DNA of 64,000 nt from NCBI RefSeq assembly GCF_035084215.1, contig NW_027139442.1:1488001-1552000 (forward strand), given 5' to 3'. The notes beneath the pieces were generated by a model. The model did no database searches and had not been told where the DNA came from. It was given only the letters and a program-made list of their open reading frames with translations. Positions 41,080 through 54,849 of this stretch are shown here, piece after piece (the first letter of the stretch is position 1; each line of letters starts with the position of its first letter). Origin of the DNA: Heptranchias perlo. Taxonomy: Eukaryota. The position numbers and the translations under genes are program-made.

Positions 41080-42800
41080 TACACTGAGATACACATTAGA
41101 TACCAGTTCAGATGTTACCCAAATTTGACTCACATATTTGTCCAAAAACCTCATAGTGTCAGAATGCAATGTCCATTTCAATTCCTTTACTGCAGACTGA
41201 GGTACACATTAGATACCAGTCCAAAATTATCATAAAGTATGAGACTGAAAGATACAGTATCAATCCCATTGGTGCAGACTGAGCTACACGTCACATACAA
41301 GTCCAAAAATCTCAGTGTCAGGTTGAAAGATACAGAATCAATTCCATCAGTGCGGATTGAGCTACACATTATATACAAGTCCAAAATTCACATAGAGTCT
41401 CGTACTGGAAGATACAGTATCAATCCCATTAGTGCAGGCTGAGGTACACATTAGTTACCTGTCCAAAAATCACATTGTGTCAAACTGAAAGGCACAGTAT
41501 CAATTCCTTGACTGCAGACAGAGATTCACATTAGATACCTGTCCAAAAATCAAGTACAGTATCATAATGGAATATATAGTATCGATTTGATTAGTACAGA
41601 CTGATCTACACGTAACATACCAGTAGAAAAACCTCACACGGTATCAGACTGGAAGATACAGTATCAAACCCATTAGTGCAGACTGAGGTTCACATTAGAT
41701 ACCAGTCCAAAAGTGTCAAACTGAAAGATACAGTATCAATTCCATTGGTGCAGAGTGAACGACACCTTACAAACCAGCCTAAATATATGACACAGTATCA
41801 GACTGGAAGGTTCAGTATGAATTCCATCAGTGCAGACTGAGCTACACATTACAAACCAGTCCAAAAATCTCTTGCAGTGTCTGACTGAAAGTTAGAGTGT
41901 CAATTCCATTTGTACAGACAGAACAACAGATGACATACCAGGTCAAAAATCTCATACAGTGTCAGCCTGAAAGATACAATATCAATTCCATTAGTCCAGA
42001 CTGAGCTACGCATTAAATACGAGTCCAAAAAATTCACAGCAAAAGATTGACATGTACATTATCTTCAGAGATTAAGATATAATCCTACAACAAAACTCAC
42101 ACACGTTGTTAGATGAAAACAAAATCCAATAGTGTATCCATATTTACAAATTAATGCCAGACAAAAGATTTGTACATATTAATGAATTTAAGAAACAGTT
42201 TCAAGCACTATACTGCAACCTGAAATAAGAATGCAGAACGAATCCAGACTTGCACTTTTCCCATAGACTGAGTTACAGGATGAATCCCCCACTGAGATAA
42301 AATACCAGAGACTGACAGTCACAGAATGAAACCCACACTCACAGATAGAACCAGAGACTGACAGATACAGAATGAATCCCACATTCACAGACAGTATCAG
42401 AGACTGACAGATACAGAATGAATCCCACCCTCACACACAGAACCAGAGACTGACAGATACAGAATGAATCCCACACTCACATATAGTACCAGAGATTGAC
42501 AGATACAGAATGAATCCCACATTCACAGACAGTACCAGAGACTGACAGATACAGAATGAATCCCACACTCACATTCAGTGCCAGAGACTGACAGATACAG
42601 AATGAATCCCAAACTCACACACGGTACCAGAGAATGACAGATACAGAATGAATCCCACACTCACAGACTGTACTGGAGACTGACAGATACAGAATGAATC
42701 CCACACTCACAGACTGTACTGGAGACTGACGGATACAGAATTAATCTCACACTCACATACTGACTGACAGACAGAGAATTAATCCCACACTCTCATACAG
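41080..42800 (-). repeat. ~82-bp (41080-42050) and 46-bp (42270-42800) satellite blocks (unit 2)
   Basis: CAGAGACTGACAGATACAGAATGAATCCCACACTCACA and GATACAGTATCAATTCCATTAGTGCAGACTGAG units. Confidence 0.88.
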
Positions 42801-43545
42801 TCTGACATCTATTGGACATTAGTAAGAACTGTAACAGAGTGGAATAAATTCACATCATCTGTCGTTGTTACAGATTCAGCACAATGTGCAATGTGAGGAA
42901 ATAGTTTCTCCCCGTAACTTCTACTCTCGTATTTTTTCATATTTTGTCAGTGAAAAATTAGACAATTGATTCATAATAAAGTTTTGTTTTGATCGTTCGA
43001 AAGTTGCCCCATTATATTTCCCTCTACATTGCGCAAAATTTCTGTCTGATTTCTTATGACACGATTTATATTAATTCAAATATACCGAACTGCAACACAA
43101 ATAAAAACTGAGCGCAAATCTGGAAGTTTCAACGGCGACCGTCAAAAGTGAAAGGGATAAAATATAGAAAAAATTAAAACCGAAAATGCTGGAAAGACTC
43201 AGCAGGTCCGGCAGCATCTGTGGAGAAGGGAAGCTCGGGTTAACGATTCAGGTCAATGATCCTTCGATAGATCAGAAAGGTTAATCCGACATAATTTAAA
43301 TAAGGAACGGGAATCAGCAGAGGGAAAAACTTCAGACAATCAATTAATTTCACAGATCCGTGCAATTGTGTCCTTTATCCACCGTACAGATCAGGGCAAA
43401 TAATAATACAAAGGAACAGTTAAATTCAACGTTATGGTGGAAGAAATGAATTTTAAAATATTTTTTATATAAATTGGACCCGTTTGGAAACATTATCGCT
43501 CTGAACATCATCAAATTCGGTTCCAGTCTTGGTGTTTCTGAATTC

Positions 43546-43615
43546 AGCGTGCTGGGATTCAAACCTGTTGGAATTAACTGCTGGGAAGGCAGCTATACTC
43601 ACCATTATAGCACCT
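43546..43615 (-). pseudogene. Degenerate tRNA-Gly relic (unit 2)
   Basis: Reverse complement GGTGCTATAATGGTGAGTATAGCTGCCTTCCCAGCAGTT...GGTTTGAATCCCAGC. Confidence 0.75.
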
Positions 43616-45206
43616 TATTTCACTTGGATGGAGAAATAGAGAGTTTCTGTGGAATTTCGGACTGAATTGTTCCCTTTGGGTTTCTGGCAGTTTAATCACA
43701 GACAATAAATCGTTACAAAAAATCATCCCCTGAACAGACACAACAAGCTGGTGGAATTTCTAATTCATAGATATTAAATAAGGGGATGGCAAAAGCGAAT
43801 AGGAAGAGGTTAGGAAGAAGTCACAAAAACAATTAGGGAAGCAAACAGGAACCACGAAATCAAATTATCAAGGAATATAAAAAGTAACAGTAAATTATTC
43901 TACAGACACAAAAATAACAAAAGGAAAATCAGAATATCTTGAGTGCCACTCAGGGATTCACAAGATAAACTCACAGGTAACGTCAGCGAAATGGCAGAAA
44001 TATTGAATTATTACTTTCCCTCATTATTTACGCGGGAGATTAACAGGGTGAACATGATATTAAAGGAAGAGGTCAATAGAGATATCAAGACATTTATGTT
44101 AAAATGGTGGTAGAACTCCTGGTCCAGATGGATTGCATCCGCACATAGTAAGTGAAGCAAGGGAAGAGATAGCAGAGGCACCGTTACATATATCGGAAAA
44201 ATCATTACATAAAGGAATAGTGCCAGAGGACTGGATTACAGTTAATGTGATTCTTCTATTTTGAAACAGGAGATAGAACAAATCCAGTTCACCAAACATC
44301 GGTGGTAGGAATGATCATGGAATCATTTAATCACTGATGCAACAGAAAAAATCCAGAGACCGAAAATATAATAAAGAATAGTTATCACGGATTTCAGAAA
44401 GGGATGGTTTAATAGTTTGGCAGAAGGTTTGACAGTTTAAATCACAGTTCAAAATAACGTATCTGCTTTTAAATTCTATTCCTCGAGAATGTGCTGTGTT
44501 TGCTTTTTTATGGTCTGAACAACCTGTGTTGCTACTTTCAATGATTTGTCAAACTGTACCCCTAAATCCCTTTGCTCTTCGACCTCATTTAGACTCGTAT
44601 TTTCCAATCAGTATGTGGCCTCGTTATTCCCCCAGCAAAATGCACCACCTCACACCTTTCTATATGGAAATTCAATGGCCATTGACACGGACTTTCAGCA
44701 AGCTTATTAAACTCTTTTTTTTATTTTTTGCATTTTTCCTCAGTGTAGGCTATACCCCCTAAATTAATTACAAACATTTAATACAGCATTACAACTAATG
44801 CTTTGTATAATACAATGTTCTCCATTCCCAGTTTTTCTAAATCCCACTCGTGCAATATAATGTGAAGAATGAGTTTATCTTCTGTCCCTCTCTCATCTGC
44901 AAACTTCAATAACCCGGGGTTTGGGGACATCTACTGGCCGGAAGCAGAACTGCAACAGTTCGGAACAAATTGCTCAAACCGGACAATGTGCAGTGTGAGC
45001 GTGTTTGTGATTGGTGGCAGGTATTAAATCTGATTGGTTTCTTCAGATATCCAATCAGATCGATAAAGGAAAAATGTTGTGACATCAGTCCCAATCACAA
45101 TCATTATATTTCCCATCCCTCATTAGCATAGGGCTGTGGGGCTGCCTATTCAATCCGAGCTCGGAGCGGATTTCGGTCATTTCTGAGTTTGAAATTGAGT
45201 TTGAAA

Positions 45207-45581
45207 ATGCCTGAGGACAAGAAAGCAGCTCCCAAGAAGGGCGCCAAGAAAACCTTGAGTAAAGTACCAGCCAAGGGCGGCAAGAAGCGGAGAAAGGCGA
45301 GGAAGGAAAGTTACTCCATCTACGTCTACAAAGTGATGAAGCAGGTTCATCCCGACACCGGCATCTCCTCAAAGGCCATGAGCATCATGAACTCCTTTGT
45401 GAACGATATTTTCGAGCGCATCGCGGGTGAGGCTTCCCGCCTGGCCCATTATAATAAACGCCGCACCATCAGCTCTCGGGAGATCCAGACCGCCGTTCGC
45501 CTGCTGCTGCCCGGGGAACTGGCCAAGCACGCCGTGTCGGAAGGGACAAAGGCGGTGACCAAATACACCAGCTCCAAGTAA
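45207..45581 (+). CDS. H2B: Histone H2B, copy 2
   Basis: Intact ORF MPEDKK...KYTSSK; stem-loop GGCTCTTTTAAGAGCC at 45616-45631. Confidence 0.97.
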   Translation: MPEDKKAAPKKGAKKTLSKVPAKGGKKRRKARKESYSIYVYKVMKQVHPDTGISSKAMSIMNSFVNDIFERIAGEASRLAHYNKRRTISSREIQTAVRLLLPGELAKHAVSEGTKAVTKYTSSK

Positions 45582-46316
45582 AACTCCACAATGTACTGAA
45601 AAAAATGAACACAAAGGCTCTTTTAAGAGCCACCCACAGTCTCTCTGAAGACGCTGTACCGACACCTCTGGATGGAATCATTTTACGGTAGATAGTTTGA
45701 CACTAACTGTCTCTCTATAACTTGTCCTTTTGTGATTTCTCTTGATATCGGACAGATTCTCATAATCACTGCCGGGTATAATCTGTGTGTCGATGTTCAA
45801 TTTACAGCCAATAAACAAAAACGTGTCCCTGAACCTCTCGTTTCAGTTCATTTTCCGCCCGTTCCCCCGCGTCTGACACTTCAGCGCTGTTTCAAGGCGG
45901 TGGATTCGAGTTCGGTCATTTCTTTCTCCTTCTCACGTTTGTTTGTTAATTATTCGGGACAAAACGAGGCTTTATTCCCGCCCGATTGAAAGGGAACGGA
46001 GAATGAAGCGGTTTGTAACAGATTCTGGAAGTTGTGACGACAAATGTGGAATAACAGAGTAAAAGATGAGATGTTTAAATATTTGTTTTTACGCGACATT
46101 ATTTACTAAATCCGCTTCTTGTGTTACAAATATATTGGCGGGCTTTTCAAATTTCAAAAAAACGGTTCTGGTCTGTATTTTCCGCCCTTTTCTCATTGCC
46201 GGCTATTGAGTGGTGAATGAAACAACCCTCTGATTGGTTTAACGAACAGCTCAATGAGGTTGAGAACACATGGACCAATCACAAGTGCCCCCACTGCAGT
46301 CCTCCAGAAAGTATAA

Positions 46317-46766
<450 letters not shown>

Positions 46767-46939
46767 AGCGGACACGATTTGATCTGATAACCCAAAGGCT
46801 CTTTTCAGAGCCACCCACTGTATCGGTGAAAGGGCTGGTTACTGTCGAAGCGAGTCATGAATCAATTTAATAGGGACTTGATTCCGATCCGAGAAACTAA
46901 CAATAACTTGTTCAATACATATGATCCAGATCGGTCTGT

Positions 46940-46972
46940 TGCAGTACTCGCTTCCGGACAGCAGATGTCGCC
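46940..46972 (+). promoter_or_regulatory. CTCF-like site between convergent H2A and H3
   Basis: TGCAGTACT-6nt-CGGACAGCAGATGTCGCC; more degenerate counterpart at 3962-3994 (-). Confidence 0.5.
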
Positions 46973-47414
46973 AATCTCCCATAGATTGATCATTGCAGAT
47001 TGTGTGGTGAATGAGACAAAAAATAACAAAATCATCAGAATTGTCAATTGGGCGGGTGGGATACAGAAATACCAGGGACGCATATGATTATTTTCTGTCT
47101 CATTCTCGGACAACACTGGCTCAGTCTTGAGTTATTTTGCCCAGATTTGAACAGATGCTGACTGATATGCTGATTATTGTGTCAGCGATTGCTGAATTAA
47201 GAATGTGAGTGAAATTTCTTTTTGGATGTGAGTGAGGGAATTATTCTGTCCCTGTCCGTCCCACATATGCTCCCTCCCTTTTATGCATTTCCCATTCAAA
47301 CAAGTTTCTCAAGGCCATGCGATTTCAACCCAGGCGATAACAGCTCTTTCCATCGCCGATTTGGTGGCTCTGAAAAGAGCCTTTGTTGAACTTGGTGCTG
47401 AAGCCGGGTCGGGT

Positions 47415-47951
<537 letters not shown>

Positions 47952-48701
47952 CTATCAGGGAGGGACCGCCCCGGGACTGTGATTGGCACATTTGAACCGA
48001 GCTCTGTCAGTCAGACCGAAACGGCGGGAGGTATTGTGCCCCAATTGGCTGAGCTGAAATTTAACATGAATTTTAAAAGCCCGCCAATTTCAGGTCATCA
48101 AATAACAGTTTCAAGAAAATCTCATTTCCCTCAAGCAATTTAAGAATCCCTCTCTTTATAATGTCCATTATTTCCAACTCCTCAGCTCACATCTCAAGCT
48201 GTTTCACATTCCGGTTCATTCTCTGATCTGCCTGTGAACGAGCGGGAATTAAGCCCCGGTCATTGTTTTCCTGAACCGGACAAATTCCAGTTTCAATTTC
48301 AAAAATCCCGCTAGTTCCAGCCCGGTGAACCGCTCCTCAAACAGAAACTTCACATCGACCTGATAATTGAATGAAACACCGAGCAGAGAGGACACAGCGG
48401 GAGAGGTTGTGAGGCGGGATTTTACTCTGAACGGAGAATGTAATGTCTGCGGAAAGACTCTGTATCACCACCTGTTCATTTATACCGTGAAACCGGGAAT
48501 TCCGCTTTCTCTCGGGATGGCTGATCTCCCTTTACTGAATGTTGGGGAATCTCCCCATCTTAATTAAATATCGGAAACTGCTTCCCCACTCCTAAATCTT
48601 TCCTCTCCCCGTTCCCAGGTCAGTGCTCTCTCTGTGAGGCGGTGGGTGGCTCTTAGAAGAGCCTTTGTTTTGTGTTCGGTTAGAAAGGGTCGAGTCGTTC
48701 A

Positions 48702-49025
<324 letters not shown>

Positions 49026-49051
49026 TTATAGTCCAGCAATTTTATTTTAAA

Positions 49052-49090
49052 TTCACAAGCTTTCGGAGGCTACCTCCTTCCTCAGGTGAA
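49052..49090 (-). ncRNA. Mirror hammerhead motif (sense to the H4 transcript)
   Basis: Exact reverse complement of 49112-49150. Confidence 0.8.
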
Positions 49091-49111
49091 CGATGCGGAA
49101 ATTCCGCATCG

Positions 49112-49150
49112 TTCACCTGAGGAAGGAGGTAGCCTCCGAAAGCTTGTGAA
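49112..49150 (+). ncRNA. Minimal type I hammerhead ribozyme motif
   Basis: Stem I TTCAC/GTGAA, core CTGAGGA(A), stem II GGAGG-TAG-CCTCC, GAAA, palindromic AAGCTT in place of stem III. Confidence 0.8.
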
Positions 49151-49997
49151 TTTAAAATAAAATTGCTGGACTATAACTTGGTGTTGTAAAATTGTTTACA
49201 ATTGTCAACCCCAGTCCATCACCGGCATCTCCACATCCTTTACCTCTGCCAGACATGATGATTCTTCACTGAGATCGCTGCTGAATGAACAGAGAACTTA
49301 TGCTGGTTCCCTTTTTATGCAGCCTGTCCCGACCTGACTGAAACATTCACAGGATGATAGAGGGAGGGGAGGAGACAAAGTGAGACATTGAACAAAGAGG
49401 AGAGGAGACAGAGTGAGATATTAAACAGAGAGGGGAGGAGAGAGTCAGAGTAACGGACAGAGCAGAGAGCGGCGTCTGATCTTCCAGCTCCACCTCCAGC
49501 TTTCTCCACCCGCCAATTTCAAACCGTTTATCGATAACTGAACCGAAACACAGCGCTCCGCACATACCCTTATAGACTCGGGCTTCATATTCAAGGATTT
49601 CCAGAAACTCGGAGCTTTTAAATAAGCCCCATTACAATTAAGAGTCAGTGATATTCCTGCCCAAATACAGTCCCTTCTATAACATATCTACCCGTCTCCT
49701 TCCATTTCAGTGGCAGACCCGATTCTATCTCCCCACACATCCCCTCCCAGACGGGTTCAGCAGTTTACAAACACTTATTCCAGCTGATTTGGAGAATCTC
49801 ATGTGTTGGGGTTTGAATTGTGATAGCGGCGGATCTCCGCCAGTTTTACCCTGTCACGGACTCTCGCCCTGAATCTGTGAGAAAAATGAACTGGGACTGG
49901 AGCCGAACACACGCCAGTTCGAGTGAGGCCCGGCCCGGACATATCGGAAACTGCTTCCCCAGCCCGAGATCGTTCCCAGGTCTGTGAGGCGGTGGGT

Positions 49998-50013
49998 GGC
50001 TCTTGGAAGAGCC
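49998..50013 (-). other. Orphan H4-type histone stem-loop inside a templated insertion
   Basis: Reverse complement GGCTCT-TCCA-AGAGCC ACCCACCGCCTCACAGA with H4 3' flanks but no CDS and no HDE. Confidence 0.85.
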
Positions 50014-50234
50014 TTTGTTTTGTGTTCTCTCTATTTTATTTCAGACAGTGGGGTTGGGGCGTGGGTAGTGAGTCACCAGGACCCTGGGTTTATTTTCAAT
50101 GATTTCCATCTGAAATCTGAGCCCGGCCCCGGGACAGGAATCATCTGATTCCGGGGTCAGCTCTTTTCTGAGAGACGTGGGTGGCTCTGAGAAGAGCCGT
50201 TGGGTTCAGATGTTCACAAGTTGCACTTGATTTT

Positions 50235-50870
50235 TTACTTCTTTTTGCCCGCTGCTTTCTTTGGCTTTGCTGACTTCGGCTTGGGCTTGGCCCTCGCTTT
50301 TTCTACCTTCTTCGCCTTCACCGGCTTGGGGGTCTTGGGCTTCTTAGCCGCCGCTTTCTTCTTAATTGGTGATTTCGCCGCCTTTTTCGTGATCGATTTC
50401 TTGGCAACAGGTTTCTTGACCGCTGATTTCTTGGCGGCCGGTTTCTTGGCCGTTAATTTCTTGACGGCTGTTTTTTTGTTCGCTGGTTTCTTTCCGGGAG
50501 ATTTCTTGGTTACTTGTTTCTTCACCTTCTTTAGCACTTTTGCCTGAGTTTCCTTCTTAGCGACTCTGAAGGAGCCCGAGGCGCCCGTGCCCTTGATCTG
50601 CACCAGGGAGCCTTTTTCCACATTTCTCTTGATACTTAATTTAATCTGGGACCGGTGCTTCTCCACATCCAGGCCTTTGGCAGCCAGAACCTTCTTTATC
50701 GCGGCCAGAGATATCCCCTTGCGATCCTTGCAATCCGCCACAATCTTGAGGATCTGTTCGCCCAACGGGGGACCGGTGGGTCGGGGAACCGCCTTCTTCT
50801 TATTCGGAGCATTGGTTCGAGCGGCGGCGGCGGCAGGAGGAGCCGTTTCGGCGGCTGCAGTGTCTGTCAT
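50235..50870 (-). CDS. H1: Linker histone H1 (211 aa), copy 2
   Basis: [12 protein letters not shown]...KKAAGKKK; stem-loop at 50183-50198. Confidence 0.96.
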   Translation of the reverse strand: MTDTAAAETAPPAAAAARTNAPNKKKAVPRPTGPPLGEQILKIVADCKDRKGISLAAIKKVLAAKGLDVEKHRSQIKLSIKRNVEKGSLVQIKGTGASGSFRVAKKETQAKVLKKVKKQVTKKSPGKKPANKKTAVKKLTAKKPAAKKSAVKKPVAKKSITKKAAKSPIKKKAAAKKPKTPKPVKAKKVEKARAKPKPKSAKPKKAAGKKK

Positions 50871-53800
50871 GTCCGGGACTCTGTCGAAAATCTCTCTGAC
50901 AGTCAGAGCTGGGTCAGAAATGAAACGAGAGGCGGCGGCACAGAGCAACTTAAAGGCACAGAGCGGACGGGGCGGAGACATCCTGCTGTCAGCTCCCGGA
51001 CCCTCCAGCCTCTCTGTGTTTCTCTCTCCTCTTAAACTCGTTGGTTACAATTAAAAGCGGGCACTCCAGAGTCCCAGACTAGCCCCTTCCTATATCTCAC
51101 ACCGGAATGTTTGCTGTCGAAAAACTTTCACCGGAATTGAAAGCACCAGTTTCGATTTAAACCCGTTTCATTGCTGCACTGATCGCGCTCTCTCACCCGA
51201 TCGCTGACACGATCTCCGTTTTTCGTCTGAAATCTTGAATTGATCTGAAACTTTACCATAATTTTTCACTTCGGAGCTCGGCAGGGGAGGAGGGCGATCC
51301 TTTGAAAGGGATTTTTTTTAATTTTACTGTAAAGCGACCCGGAAATACGGCGATGTGACCGGCCACACAAACACAGTGACATTAATCTAATCCGCCCGCC
51401 CCTTTAACACACTCTCTCTGACACAATGTTCACATCTTCACATTCACAGGACAAACTGGTCGCCAGATTGACAATTCCCGGGACAGGCTTTCCTCCCCGC
51501 TCGGCCTGTGCTGCAGATTCTCGGGTGTTAGTTGTAGTTTCCCAGCTCAGTAACTGTTAAACACTCTGAGGCCGGCGCTCCTCACAGTGTCTGGTCCCCA
51601 GATTCAGTGGCAGGAGTCAATCACAGCTGTTGGTGTGATAATTCACATCTGGTTTTAAAATATTATACTGTTCGTACACAGAAATATGTTTGGTTAAGAC
51701 GATAATACAAATTATCCGCTCTGGGCTCTTCCAGTCTCTCTGTGTTTCTCTCTCCTCCTAAACTGACTGACAGACAATAGTAACTGGTGTCCTATCCGTC
51801 CCATTCTCAACACCCAGAGACGGCTCGTTACAGAATAAATTCAACACTAACAGGCAGTCCAGTGTCAGGCCGTTCCAGGCTGTTTCTCCCCACCTTTCCT
51901 TACTGGACTGGAGACTGATAAATGCAGCGTCAATCCGGCTCATACATAATAGAAGGGACAGTGACTATCTCACCAACAGCACCGGAGGTCTGTTCACAAA
52001 CACTGAATCAGTCTTTACCTTCCACCAGGGTGTCGATATTAAGCTCAGTAACAGTATTTCGCTTTCATTTACAGCGCTGGAGAGAGAGAAAGACAGACCG
52101 ACAGATAAACAGACAGACAGAGACACACACACAGACAATGTATCAGTCTCACACTTCCTATCAGTATGTCCGTTTCACGCTCAGTAACAGTATCCCACAT
52201 TCATATGCTGTGCAAAAGAGAGAGAGAGAAACTGACCTGTAATGTCCAGCATTCACCCAGTAACAAATTGGAAAAAATATTCCATTCCAATTGCTATTCC
52301 AAGGTGGAGTGACAGAAGATGCAGTCTCATCTCTCACTAAAATTATTTCAGAGACAGACACATTATTAATCCCATTCTCAGGGACAGTGTCACACATTTA
52401 ACCCTCTCTTGCATGTTTCACCCTTTGTAATCTTGCAGCTCAGGCCCATTCAGTATTTCTCTCAGTGACCGAGAGTTTCATTCCGATTGAAATAATCTGG
52501 GACTGTTGCTGTCAGATGTTAATCCCACACGATCGAAGCCAATATACGGACTGCCACTTTCCTCCGCTGTTTCTCCAGGATTGGTTTGAGAAATCGTCCC
52601 TCCAGTTTCGGAGTCACGCGTTGCTTTATCAGTCAGGGAGCCAAGAATGAACAGAACCCATTGGCTCATTTCACAGCCGCCCATTTTATCTATGAAAGGC
52701 CGTTTACCATCAAAAGATACCGAGAGAAACAGCAGGGATGGAAACATCGAGTTTAATAGTGAGAGATTGTAAAGTCAGTCTGGATTCCAGCGTTAGGCAC
52801 TGGTGGAATCCCATCTGTTTCCATTCTGGTGCCTGTTCCTGCACTGCCTGTGGACCCCATTCCCTCTGACCTTTCTGAGAGTGATAATATACATACTGTG
52901 TGTGAGAAGGAGTTGGCTGCACTGTTCTTTTATCTCGGGGGGAGGAAACTTCACATTCATTCTGGATCCTTCTCGGATTTGCTCAGACTCTGAAAAATTC
53001 CAATTGGGGAAAGTTTCCATCGATTTTTGTATTGGGAATTAAACCAGATATCTGCGCATGCGTGACTCAGCCCCGCCCCCAGCGCTGATTGTTGGTGAGC
53101 AGAAGAGCGCATGCGCGCTCCCCTCCCCCAGCTCGGCCTGTGGGCGCCATTCCCTCAGTGAGCGGAAGAAGATGGTTTGAAACAGCCGGGAATGGAGAGA
53201 TCACGGCCCCCGGGGGAAGGGAGCAAAGAGCAGCCTCGTTACAGCAGCTCATCGCTTCGGGACCGTGTCCGCAGATGGGCTCAGAGATCGGCATTGAGTC
53301 CGGGGGAAGGTCAGGGGGAGTCAGGGGTCTGTTTGTAAGAGGCGGAGTGGATCAGGAAATGGTCCCGGAACATGGAGTGAGAGGGGGAAGGGAGAGTTCA
53401 TTCTCGGGCTGTGTGTGTACAGGGTGTGTCCAGGGGAAGGGAGAGAGAATGGGAAGAACCTGCTATTTAAAATCATTGCTGCTTTCTCTCCCCAAACCAG
53501 TAGTGAATGGTCCTGGTTTAGTTCCAGTCTCACCCTGTTTATTGTTATTGGACAGTGAAGAGTGGAAACAGAGCCGGACAGTCAGGATGTGGGGAGTTAT
53601 ACAAAGAGCATCTATTGAAAGCACCAGGTGACAAGTGTGAAGGACACATTTCTAACAGCGGCTGTTTGCTTTCAGTTGAACGGTTAGTCCCATGGGAGAG
53701 GGGATTTGAAACCCGACCTGTACAAAGGTCCCTGCCCCATCCGGTAGTCCCACTCATGGATCAGTGCAGGGGTTGCATTTTGTCTGGATGTCACTAAATT

Positions 53801-54849
53801 GTTCTAAAACAGCCTAACACACCTGGTATGCTGAAGCTGAGTGCTGCAGTACTGCAGTCGAGTCAGACACTGACACTGTATCACTGGTTTTCATTTGTCG
53901 AAGCACAAAATAATTATTAACAGAGGTTTTAAACTGATCACTTTTGTATTTTCTACCACACCTGTTATTGAGTAACAAGAGATAATTTTCTTTCTACAGG
54001 CAAATCCGAGAAGGATCCAGAATGAATGTGAAGTTTCCTCCCCCCGAGACAAAGGAACAGTGCAGCCAGCTCCTTCTCACACACAGTATGTATATTATCA
54101 CTCACAGAGACACAGACAGGTCATCAGTTCCACAGTCTCAGACAGCAGAAGTAGTCAGTCCCACACTGATCCCAAGTTCCAGAGACACATTTTCAATCCA
54201 ACAGTCAAACAGAGCAGGTGAGGCAGACGCTGTTCCATTGCACCCGAACTCAGTCCCGCTGACAGGTAGATACAAAAATCCCAGTCCAAAGTCACACGAT
54301 CAGATTGTCAATTTCCAAGAAGTGCAGCATTCGCCATGAATTAAAAACCAGATACCCCGAGATTCCAATTGAATACCAGACAAGAAGTCTCACACCCACA
54401 CGTGAGTTTAATACATGCAGTATCCATTCGAATAGTGTACCATTCGAATACAAATTGCAAGTCCAAAAATCATGTACAATATCAGATTGAGAAATGCTGT
54501 GACAGTGTAACCTGAGAAACAAATTAGATACCAGTTTATAATATACTCATAGCATGAGATTTAAAGAGACAGTATCAATTCCTTTACTGCAGGCTGATCG
54601 ACACAATATATAGCAATTCAAAAATGTCACCATTTCAGTTTGAAAGAAATATTATCATTCACAATAGTACTCACAGAGATACTGATATGATACTAGTCCA
54701 AAAAACACAAATCTTCTGATTAAAACCTCCAGCATCAAATCCTAAAGTGTATCCATGTTTACCAATTAAATACTGGGAAAAACTGTTGAAACATTAAGAT
54801 AGTAAAGCGACAGTATTGAACACCATAATGTAATCTGAGAGAATAATTA

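Noticed and set aside
49205-49220. 8-bp match (GGACTGGG) between the insert tail and H4 near the target site, suggesting sequence-specific targeting
   Set aside because: Too short to distinguish from chance with a single insertion; other insertion sites would be needed.
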